Source: Haliotis cracherodii (taxonomy: Eukaryota). From it: a stretch of DNA of 64,000 bases. Both the position numbers and the translations under genes were made by a program. Under the pieces are notes generated by a model that was not told the origin of the DNA, made no database searches, and saw only the letters and a program-made list of their open reading frames with translations. Positions 26,963 through 37,765 of the stretch are shown here, piece after piece (the first letter of the stretch is position 1; each line of letters opens with the position of its first letter). The DNA is taken from NCBI RefSeq assembly GCF_022045235.1, contig NW_027266275.1, positions 72,788,001-72,852,000 of the forward strand. The letters are read 5' to 3'.

Positions 26963-27646
26963 AACAGGTCTTATCACCATAACAGTCAGACCTAAATACA
27001 AAGTTAACACCAAATACCAAATCACACAAACAATAACAAACTGAAAATCACCCAAGAAGATGGTGTCACAATTTTTTTACATTTGAAAGCCAAGTGATAT
27101 CTTCAATATGGAAGCCCTGGCATAATATTCAGTGCTGTTACCATAATTGTAATGAATGTCCCCACTCACATTACTAAAATACATGTCCCCATGTTGTCAA
27201 TGCATCCACAATTATCACAAAACCTAAGCGGTTACTTAGTAATTGAATCATCACATTCTTTTGACTTTGAAAGATATAAATCTTTCAGCAAAATCTCACT
27301 GACTTGAAGTTGCTGTAGTTATTCTGAAAATAATTCTTGAAAAACTGATCATTATTGGAGGTACACTGACATATATATATGGATCAAAGGAGTGATCCTG
27401 GCAGGAACGAATCAGTGTGTTGGGTTTATTCAATTATAACAAGGTGTGTCAGCTTAATGTGGAGGAAAGCCTTGATGTAAACTACTTTCATGGAAACCAT
27501 TGGATTCAAACCTACAATCATCAGATCCTAGCACATATTTGCATTTACACTAAGAATATTTACTGCAATCGTATTTCACAAACTTATGCAACTGACCACT
27601 GCCAAACTCATCAATTAACAGTTATGTTTAACCTTGATTTGGCTTA

Positions 27647-27972
27647 CCGTAATCGACGTAATAAGCGCCTCGCTCTTATAAGCGCCCACGGCGATATTTG
27701 CTAATATATTGGCTAGTGAACAATCCTAATTAGCACCCCTTCCGATAGATCAATGTACACAAGACTTATTTATTCTTGTATTATACGCACTCGTGTGTTA
27801 TGCACCCTTAATTATGGGCAATTAAGTATATATCTGGCGTATGCAAACATTCAGCATAAACATGAAATTTACGATCTTTCAACTCTGTTTTTTTCACCAA
27901 AATAATATTCTAATGAGAGCCCACTATTCCTAATTTTGAGAGCGCCCTGGGCGCTAAATACGTCGAATACGG
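27647..27972. mobile_element. Tc1/mariner (pogo/Tigger-type) MITE
   Basis: TA|CCGTAATCGACGTA ... TACGTCGAATACGG|TA. Confidence 0.85.
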
Positions 27973-29389
27973 TAATTGGGATTAAAAAAAACCAGAAACA
28001 AAGTGTTCAGCAATTTGGCATGTGCATGAATGTTATTTAAGTTGAACGTTATTGTGCAAATATTTGAGACATGGTAAATGACAACAGGGTCAACAAGGAA
28101 TTTCTTAACGAAATAGATCTACAAGTTTGACAATCACATTTTTTAAGTCTTTGGCTCCAAGTTTTAACACACACACGATTTTGACATCTGTCATGACCGC
28201 TGTTCATATGGAAATAAAACTGCTTATCTCATTTGGTTGTACAAAGTAGGTCTAATTTGTTCACAATAGAAAAACGATCACGTGTAGATGCCAATCTATG
28301 CATACAATCTGTCAAGTTTCGGCATCGCCACGGGACCCAAACAATGGAACACGATGGATCACAATCTAACGATGCGGAAAAAAAATAATTATAATGAATT
28401 AATAACATGTCAAGAAAAATGCAGTTACCTGATAGATTTTTCATGGAAATTATCAGTGACATGATGCATGTCTGCATGCTGTCTGTGTTCATTGCTTTCA
28501 CGGAGTGTAAACAATACAAGTTTTGTTTTGCAGGGCACTTGCTCAGACGGTTCGGGCACTTGCGTGAAACGTCACGTGGGGTGTAAGTCCTACTTTCAAC
28601 ACAACTCATTCAATGGACCAGTAGGCTCGGAGTGACATTTATGGAAACCATAACAAGTACTGAAATGACACAAATTACCATAAATATTTTTCTTCAATAC
28701 CGCTGCTGGTTGTCGTGACATAATGTGTACTACGTGTAACCAGAGACCACATGTAGGTCAGAGGCCATATTTGTCAGAAATTATATACTGACATGTTACA
28801 TGTTAGAGACCGTTTTGTGTAAGAGACCACACATGTCATGTATACATCAGATGTCATATATATACATTACATTAAATATCAGGGCCACATACATTATATT
28901 ACTGAGGTCACGTACACTCAGATGAAACAATTTAAGAATTAAAAAGAAATACTATGTGGTTATTCAGAGAAGGAATAAGTAAATATATTAATTACGTTCA
29001 TGCTTGTAAAATGTTGTATATCGGTATATTCACCGGTATGGGGAACTCGCAGGGTCATAAATGTTTATGTTTACTTCAGATTTAAAAACCAATGACAAGA
29101 CAAGGTTACCCTGGCGAGTGGTTGATGTTGTGAGCAGCGCCCATGTCGACGGGGTACGATGACACGCAAACAACAAAAGCACCTCATCCATTTAGTCATC
29201 GTGTGCGACCAACACAGGTTATTGGGGACCTATTCTGTCCTGGAATCCACGCGCTGTGAATTTTGATTTCATGTAAATAAAAGTAGTTTACTACCAGATC
29301 TATATTTTTTGGAAACAGATAAGAGAATGTTAGAGATGGATCGATATAGATGTGAATAACATACATTTTGAATAGAAACCAATTATTAC

Positions 29390-29396
29390 CTGGCAT
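29390..29396 (-). CDS. Candidate first coding micro-exon (ATG CCA G) of an unidentified divergent gene
   Basis: Minus strand reads GGCGCC-ATG-CCA-G|GTAATA: strong Kozak and donor, CpG-rich leader 29397-29460, GGAAGT at 29531. No downstream exon identified. Confidence 0.45.
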
Positions 29397-29608
29397 GGCG
29401 CCAAGCGGGTTCGGCTTTTCGGCAAAGTCGGGTCACTTAAATGGCAATATTTCGGGAAACATTTTACATGTTTTAGCAAAACATTAGTCAGTTAACTATT
29501 TAAGGAATGGGGGAGTATGCAATAACCGCAGGAAGTCGATTTGTGCTTACAGAAAGGTGTGTGTTATTTGAACGTTTCAGGGCCAGCCACGGTGAACATG
29601 TCATACAT

Positions 29609-30020
29609 CCAAACTGCAGGTGCATCAACTGTATATTACCCTACAGGTTCCAAACTGCAGGTGCATCAACTGTATATTACCCTACAGGTTCCAAACTGCA
29701 GGTGCATTAACTGTATATTACCCTACAGGTTCCAAACAGCAGGTGCATTAACTGTATATTACCCTACAGGTTCCAAACTGCAGGTGCATCAACTGTATAT
29801 TACCCTACAGGTTCCAAACAGCAGGTGCATTAACTGTATATTACCCTACAGGTTCCAAACTGCAGGTGCATCAACTGTATATTGCCCTACAGGTTCCAAA
29901 CAGCAGGTGCATCAACTGTATATTGCCCTACAGGTTCCAAACAGCAGGTGCATTAACTGTATATTGCACAGGTTCCAAACAGCAGGTGCATCGACTGTAT
30001 ATTGCCCTGCGTGTTCAAAC
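29609..30020. repeat. Minisatellite, 41-bp unit, about 10 copies
   Basis: ccaaactgcaggtgcatcaactgtatattaccctacaggtt. Confidence 0.96.
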
Positions 30021-30552
30021 AGTGGGTGATTATCCTTCAAGGAGGGAGTATAAACAAGTTGTCATCATTATTACCTCGCTCATTCCTATGTCAATCAAAC
30101 GATATGTATTTTCTTTACTGTGTGTGTGGTAAAGGACATTTTGAAACAGGAGAAAAGTAACCATGCATATGAATAACCTTTATGATAATCTGGCAGTGCA
30201 ATCCTTCCTATTTCAGTAATGCCGAGAGGGTTTGAATATTTACCCACCCAGAGATCCTATGTGGGTAGATAGATGTCAATATGGCGGGGATAGACATCCT
30301 CACCATTGAAACGATTCAGTTAAATGCAAGCTTGCCCTGCAAATTATGCATAAGTAATGCGGTATATTTCGATGTGCATATTTATGCTGAATAAAATATA
30401 AAAAGACGACCGATGCCACCCAATCACAGTCGGCCATTTAAAAACAAGCAATTTATATAAGTAAGAGTTTCGTCCTAAGAATTACATATCTGTGCAGATT
30501 CGCTTCATTGTTGTTACAACACCACGTAGTTAATGGGTTGTTGACACAAGGG

Positions 30553-30979
30553 ACATGCGCATGTGTCATTACAACTCAGTCTCTAAATACTCTTGAATAA
30601 TCATGGCGTAATCTTTCGGACATTGATTTGTTTTGACAATGTATTCGCCCTTGTTCAGATCAAGCTTCTTATAGTGTTTACAAATACATTGGAAATAAGC
30701 ATGGAAATCAGATTATAACTCCACCTTAAAGTTTATATTATTTTATCGTTATATCAAGATCTTTGTTATTTCTGAACCCATTGGCATTAATACAAACTAA
30801 TACACAACAGCAATTAATCACGTGTTGGTGCTAATTGTAACCTTTCTTTAGTTCATTTAATAAGTAAAAGTTCCCGATTTTTTTAAGCCATTGATGATGC
30901 TTTTACATGAAGTCATTCTATATAAAATGTTATTACGAGAATAGTTTCGTTATCACGTGATTTGCGAGACATGCGCATG
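30553..30979. promoter_or_regulatory. NRF1-type palindromes and E-box in the inter-promoter region
   Basis: ACATGCGCATGT 30553-30564, TCACGTGA 30953-30960, CATGCGCATG 30970-30979. Confidence 0.5.
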
Positions 30980-31589
30980 AAAGGCGACATTTAACAGAAG
31001 CCAGTGGACGTAATGGGCCTGATGCCGATATCGGCCTCCAGGCAGGCCTGTCAGCATAGCTTTGAATACTGACAGAATCTGTTGATTTCGGCAATAATGA
31101 TGTCTCGGCACCGGTGCTATGTAGATACTCTATTTTGAGACAATTTGAGTGTGTATTCCTCAAGCAGATTCTGTGATATACGTGCAATCTTTCCAGGGTA
31201 GGAAACTCAGCCATTTGAATTCCTTCTGAAAGGTGAGTTGCCTTGCTCTGCCGTGTTGAGGGCTTTTACTTCTGAGAATGCAATCTTACTGAAGTGAAAT
31301 AGTGCATTTATATTGTTAATCATATCCAAAGGCTTTTGGGGTATAGCATTTGTTATGTTTTGAGTGTTTACAAGGCTGTTGTTGTGAAAAAAACATATGT
31401 CTGCATTTCGCAATGCGGGTAAGGTGTCGGTGAGGGGAAGGTGCCCCCTATTTTCGAGCTCAAAAGCTCAGCAAATTGGCCTCAGCTGTGTTTGCAGTAT
31501 GTTGTTTAGGTAGTGATCAACTTTATTCTTGCTGTAAACATCATAACCTACTTAGATGCATTTTGGGTAATGTCAATACAAACAACATT

Positions 31590-31720
31590 CACTTCGAGGA
31601 TCGGATCAGACAGGTCGCCATTTTTGTTATGGGCGGCCATGTTGTAGAGTGGATTGACTTCATTGAAAATTCAAGATGGCGTTTCTGCCGATGCATAGTT
31701 GGTCCGGGGCGTCTTAAACA
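31590..31720 (+). promoter_or_regulatory. Probable TNRC6 core promoter / TSS region
   Basis: Locally CpG-rich with three YY1-type motifs: CGCCATTTT 31616, GGCGGCCATGTTG 31632, CAAGATGGCG 31672. The T-rich intronic skew begins just downstream. Confidence 0.6.
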
Positions 31721-32286
31721 ATGTGCATAACCATTTTTGCACAATTAACTGCTATTTTATATGTTTTAGTAGGAAATATGCCGCCAAAACAACAAATCGT
31801 ATAAATTTCATCCCCCGAAGCACGAGTGGCATTTTGCCAAAACCTCAAATGACCCAGACTCAGTTATGTCATGGCCACCATTGACATGGCCGAACATAAA
31901 ATATCATTAGAATCGGACATAATTTTTGATGCAGAGAATTTCCTCTGATACTATGTCTTAGAAAATGAAGTAATCATAACTAGGTGACGTATCTCTTATA
32001 TGTTGCCGAGTTCAGAATTGAAAATGTTTTCTTTTTTTTTCAAATGTAGAACAATGAAAATGAAAACATAATGTTTTCTTGGGGCTGACATGTACGAGTT
32101 TGGTTAATGTGACATAGAATCTAACAGGAAAGGTTAGGTAGATCTTTGTTTAGTTTTAAGATAGTTTTATTGGAAATTTATTCCAAATAATATATGTATA
32201 TTGGTTAAAAAAGACCCTAACATATTTTTTTTATGTTCCTGATCAGCTTATATTTACACAGCTTTTGATTTTCTGTTTTGTTTCAG

Positions 32287-32346
32287 CTGTTATCCAAAGA
32301 TCTTTCATCTTGCCTTGCAGTATAATCAACCTGATCCTGTTATAAG
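32287..32346 (+). other. TNRC6: TNRC6 5' UTR exon (60 nt; alternative acceptor at 32321)
   Basis: Long T tract + tttcag| ... AAG|gtgatt. Confidence 0.6.
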
Positions 32347-32750
32347 GTGATTCTTGAATAAGCTTCCTGTAGTTGAAAATGTATGTTTGATTATCTTTTC
32401 TTTTTAATTTGTATAATACATGTTCATGAATATATTAGCCGTGGGGTACATTCTTCATTATGTTAGGGTTTGGAGACTGTCAGAAAAAGCCATTCCGTTA
32501 CCAGCAGTGGTATGAAGTAGAAGTTACACATTTTTAATGATCATTACACAAGATTTGGCAAGACTTCCAAATCTTGGAAATCTGCCAACTAGACTAGGAT
32601 TAGTGGGAATACTTCTGGGAAGACTAGTTAAATTCTTTAATCAGACCACTTACAAAGTAATCAGATGTTTTTCTTAAAGGTGTAATTTTGATATTTCTAT
32701 TTAAATTTTGGGTTGATTTTGAGTTTTAATTATGTTTTCATCATTTGCAG

Positions 32751-32811
32751 GGTTTAAATTCCATTGCCAAATCGGAAGATATTAGCACTGCCTTTCATAT
32801 CTAATCTCAAG
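32751..32811 (+). other. TNRC6: TNRC6 5' UTR exon (61 nt, stops in all three frames)
   Basis: tttgcag| ... AAG|gtaagt. Confidence 0.75.
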
Positions 32812-33170
32812 GTAAGTACTAGTCCAAATTGACATTGTCTGTCTCTTGGAGTATTCATAATAGCGCCTTTCTAGTTATCACAGCTTGAGTAACCTGACTG
32901 TAAAATTATAGACAATGTGTAACACAGATTGTGAGAGTACCCTGCATCTTATTTTACCAAACATCTTGGGGTAAAATTCTCAACCAGACTATTGCTGTTA
33001 CCAGTTCTGTGCAATCCTATTGGCATGATACATACTATTTATTTATAGTTAACTGAAAGCAACTGCTTATTTGCAATCACTCTTTGGAACTATGTGGATA
33101 TTAGTGATCTATTGTTCTTTGGCTTTTTGTGTTATCATGGCTAATTACAGATTTTGTTTTTGTTTTGCAG

Positions 33171-33195
33171 AACCATAATCAACAGTCATTAAGAG
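33171..33195 (+). other. TNRC6: TNRC6 5' UTR micro-exon (25 nt)
   Basis: gctaat branch-point-like site, tttttgttttgcag| ... GAG|gtgagt. Confidence 0.75.
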
Positions 33196-33854
33196 GTGAG
33201 TATCATGTGTGCTTTTTCAGTATAATAGTTCAGTTCAATGTAATACAGGGACAGTGCTAGGCGTGGGCAATTATTGGGTTACTAACTGCCCATATAGTAC
33301 ATTTTTTGATTTGACCAAACAATATGACATTTGAGAAATCATGAAATAAAAACCGAAATTTGCCATAGATGTTAAATACATATTTACTCAGGAGCTTGTA
33401 ATGAGGGACCAAACCTAAAAAAACCTATCCTATTGCGTCTAACACATGTAAAAGGGACACTGGTGCCCAGTCAACTAAATGCACAGAAATCTATTGTAGG
33501 TTCAAATATCAGATAATCATTGTTTCTACCTTTGTCAGCACCACACCAATGCTGTTGGGTTTCAAGAATATGGTAAACATCCAAGAACTGCATCACTTTG
33601 GGCTTTTCTCCCACATCAAGCTAACATGATTACTGAAGCTGCGTTAAAGAAAGCGAACACCAAATAGGACAGTGACATTTGTAGACTGTTGGCCAGTGTG
33701 TTGTAGCTGTTAGCAGCACGCAGTGTGAATGATAGATATTTCATCTAGGAACAGCATATGATGCTAATTTTGTAATGCAATACAGGGTTGTATTGTATTG
33801 AGGTACAAGGGATTATTGTATGATAAAACCATCGTTTATTTGGTGTATGTTATT

Positions 33855-33993
33855 CAGTGTTCGAAATTAAGCATGACACTCCCAGAGTCCTTGTCATAAC
33901 CCTCGTTAAAAGTTAATGATTTTAATGTCACCTAAATGAAAATGCCACAGAAGACCTCAAGAATCCTAGTTCTTCCTTAATTTCGAAACACTT
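33855..33993. mobile_element. Short MITE remnant
   Basis: CAGTGTTCGAAATTAAG ... CTTAATTTCGAAACACT inverted termini. Confidence 0.55.
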
Positions 33994-35416
33994 TTATAAG
34001 TGGAGTCACAAGATCTATTGCAGACAAATGAGAGAATTTCTTGAGATTGTGGTTGTGTTTAATGTATTAATTGTAGCCAAGCACCCTCTAAAATGTACAT
34101 AATTACTTACAATACATTTACTTAAATACACTTCCAAAGGGGCAAGAATGAAAATACTCTGTGCAAAATAAGTCCCTCAAATATTAAGGTTATCTGTTGT
34201 TGCATAGTAAATTGATTAATTTATTGTGATATAGCTGTTTTATGATATGCTAGTCTGTCCCAAAGAGACACCTGAGTTGTTTGTGGATGGTTATCATCCA
34301 CTAACTTTTGACATTTTCAACTTCTCAATCTCATTGAACTGAAGTTGTTTATGAATATTTTGATTGCAGCTCCAAGTTGGGTCCCATGTATATTATCATG
34401 AATGTAGACTAACATCGTAAATGAACATATATTTACAGAAAAATGTTGTTTAAATTATAGTTATAAAATATAATAAAAAGGAGCCCAGAGACTTTCTTCA
34501 ATTCCTGATACTGCAGGAATCTAGACTTGCTAAACAATATAAATTTTCATGGGCTGTATTGGATATATTTGTTTCAGGTCCTGTATGACAAACTATCATG
34601 AATGGTCAATTTCAAATTGTCTCCATCAAGAGTTTAGTTTGATTATCATGAGAACACTAATCAAAAGAAAACAAGACAAAATTGTGTGTAGCTTATGTGC
34701 AGTGTGGCCAATATGAAATTACGCAGATTTTGTTTTTTAATGTTATCACTTTTTAGAGACTGGGGTGACTTGTATTTCACTGATAACTGAAGAAGTTTTG
34801 ATGCTTAGTTTTACATTATTGCATTGAATGCAATATTAAAATGAAATACCTCTTCAAGAAAATAGGAACTTTAAAAATATGAATTTTTGAACAATGATTT
34901 GTTTTCGAGTTGTTTCCCTGCTAAATGTACTAAGTTTCTGATCCTAGATAAACCACTGTCTGTACATAGATGTAGAAACCAGTGGCAACCTTTGGGCTTT
35001 GGTCATGCCTACAAGTGTGTGATATGTTTCTTCTCAAAGCCGCAAGTCATTTCGAATTGTTTCCAAAAGTATAGTTTGGTTTCCATGAAAACCCTATAAA
35101 ACTATTTGAGAAATGATTTACTTAAAGACTTTGATATTTAGTACAATTAGTATCACTTTAATCATGAAATGTCAACCTCAATAGATGCTTTGCCACAGTA
35201 TAAGACTAAGAGAATAATCCTTTCTCGGTTAATTAAACTTTGTGAAGCCAAAACATCTAGATCTACTGAGGTTTTTTTCCAACAGGTATTCAAAGAAACA
35301 CCTTACCCCTTTCCTCCATGCAAAGAAACACAATTATCCTCACAAATTTATTACTTTTCATTTCACTTCCTATTTATGTGTTTAATATGTCAGTACACAT
35401 TTTCTTTATTTTTCAG

Positions 35417-35458
35417 ATTTCTTGATCTGCTCGCCATTGTATTTTTTGTTGTGCAAAG
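35417..35458 (+). other. TNRC6: TNRC6 5' UTR exon (42 nt)
   Basis: ttctttatttttcag| ... AAG|gtagat. Confidence 0.65.
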
Positions 35459-36072
35459 GTAGATATTTTAGTATATTCTATATATTGTTCTGAAGAGTTT
35501 TTGAATAATTCATGGTGATAGTAAACTTTCAAACTAGTTTGCAACTTTACGCTGATGGTGTCATGGTACCCTCAGTGTCATTAACAGAATCTCCTTTCCT
35601 TGAATTGATAATAGCTAAATATGACCTGCAAGGTATGCCATAGATTGAATCAGATTAGAGCAATAAATTTGAATTTGTCTTTTATCACAAGATGGGTTGG
35701 CTAGAAAAAAATTTAGTGAGTTTCACCTTAACGCATAACAGAATTGGATGGATGAGGGTTTTGAAAAACATAGGCCAGTTATTTCATTGTGCAAAAGTTG
35801 ATAGATTGGCATGATTGTCGAACTGCTTTCATATGTTTGCATTCTACTTCAAGGGAAGGGTTCTGTGAAGAAAAAGTCTCTTTAAACAAATGACATGAGG
35901 GTTATTCTTAGTAGATGACGAGTAACCATAGTTTTCAAGTATTGGATACTATAATTTATTTTACCGGATTTAAAAAATAAATATTCTAATAGATAGTAAA
36001 GATCTCAGAGGTTTTAGCTTAGAATTAAAGATTAAAGACATCATTATATTACACTGTTATTTTTTTTTTCAG

Positions 36073-36111
36073 ATCTCGTGGGTCCATGCCATATTCTTTC
36101 AACATTTCATT
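36073..36111 (+). other. TNRC6: TNRC6 5' UTR exon (39 nt, upstream ATG)
   Basis: poly-T-cag| ... ATT|gtaagt. Confidence 0.72.
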
Positions 36112-36350
36112 GTAAGTTGTTACTTTATGTTGAAACATTGATGTTCTCCAAGCATTTATTCATTGACCCCTGAGAAATGCACAATGCCCCCATTTCTGAT
36201 AAATATGACTCGCATGACCATCAGTTTCTAACATCAGTTCCATCAATTTCACAGTTACTGCTTCTGTTAACTTGAATCATGACTATTTAGATAACGATCA
36301 TGATAGCTTTGTGATTTACATTGTCTGACAAATTCTTTTTTTCCTTCCAG

Positions 36351-36409
36351 ATTTTTGTCTAGTTCAGAACAATGCAAATTGAACCTTGCTTTGAGGTTGT
36401 GTTGTAAAG
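36351..36409 (+). other. TNRC6: TNRC6 5' UTR exon (59 nt, uORF MQIEPCFEVVL*)
   Basis: ctgac branch-point-like site, tttttttccttccag| ... AAG|gtgagt. Confidence 0.78.
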
Positions 36410-36745
36410 GTGAGTTATGATAGAACTAAAAATATTTTATCAGTGCTTAAATGACATGATTTTTTGTTATAGGTGCCATTGGCAATAGTTCATGTTTTTA
36501 ATATATTACACTTACAAAAATTGCTCTCTCGGATAAATTAGAACTTTTGAAAATCTATGTCAGGGATTAAGGTATTGATATTATAGTTTTGCCATTAAAA
36601 CCCAGCTTTAGAGTCAAGTGTTGTAACAAGGGAATAAATATAACATTTGTGTTCTTACTTGTAGCATGTTTGTCTGTATTTACATTAGTTGTTGATATTG
36701 TGAATGATATGCTATGAAATGTATTCTAAGATTTTCTTTTATCAG

Positions 36746-36823
36746 ATTGCATTCCAAATTGAGGGCAAGCACATTGAAGCATTCTCTAGCTAAGACAAAT
36801 CAGTCAAAGTGCCTAGCTCTCGG
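36746..36823 (+). other. TNRC6: TNRC6 5' UTR exon (78 nt)
   Basis: ttttcttttatcag| ... CGG|gtaaga. Confidence 0.72.
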
Positions 36824-37638
36824 GTAAGAATCTTACTGATGCCCTCACTACATACTTTTTATGTAGATATTAGCGCTCTAGCCATACTGATAATCCTGTG
36901 TGGAGACACAGCTAGAAAGGGTCCCCAGTTTTTAGCAAGAAGCGACTCGATAAGATTGGATTGTCGGTCTTCGTGACTTAATTGTCATTGTACCCTGATT
37001 TGTGGGATGATACTCATAAGATCAGTCACTGGTTTGTTTGGGATTAAATTATTATATAGCTGTAATATTGCTGACTGTATTGTGAAAACATAACCATACA
37101 TGCTGGTACCCTCAGATAAAATTTCATGACTAGCTTTTCAGACTTTTTGATCAGTTATAGAAACATACTGAACTATTTATCTACTTTGTTTTAAAGCGTT
37201 CATGCATGATCTGATCAAATTGGACTTGTATACAATAAGTCTTTGCAATGGAATTGATTTCATTTGAGGTCCATTGATTATGACCCAGAGAAGTCCCAGC
37301 CAAGTGCTAAGCTGGTTCAACACAGAACTTTTCTTTTTAAGGAAATGGGAGTTACTGAATCCTTCCAACAAAGAGGGAAGCTTACTACTTGTTTTCACAA
37401 TAGCTGGTACGTTGTGGTATGGTTCATGCTTTACATTGTTTAGACTTAGATACAGGGTTATTGCTTACACTGGAAAGTTAGCTATATCAAGTATCATGGT
37501 CTTTGTTCAGTAATCTTCCATCAATTAAGTTATTGCAATATTCATGACTACTTTGAAAGTAACTTTACCTTGTGGCCTTACCTTTGTATAATAGGCAGGT
37601 AAATGGAGATGTATTTATGTCAGTCATCTTGTTTGCAG

Positions 37639-37755
37639 ATTGAACAAATTACAATTAACTCAAGATCAATCATCGCTTGCTACAAACTACTCATTGCTCC
37701 TTATCAACGAAGTACTCACCAAGCCACGATTCCCCCCTGAGCTGGTCACAAAGAC
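37639..37755 (+). other. TNRC6: 5' UTR part of the start-codon exon
   Basis: gtttgcag| acceptor; same exon as the ATG at 37756. Confidence 0.7.
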
Positions 37756-37765
37756 ATGCAAGAAG
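37756..37765 (+). CDS. TNRC6: TNRC6 coding exon 1 (M-Q-E-G; 3' end of exon 37639-37765)
   Basis: gacATGCAAGAAG|gtaagc. In-frame TGA lies 15 nt upstream of the ATG. Phase 1 matches the next exon. Confidence 0.72.

Noticed and set aside
32347-37638. snoRNA-host (GAS5-like) explanation for the many non-coding exons
   Set aside because: By eye I found no RTGATGA...CTGA pair at suitable spacing in these introns. H/ACA RNAs cannot be excluded without snoReport/Infernal.
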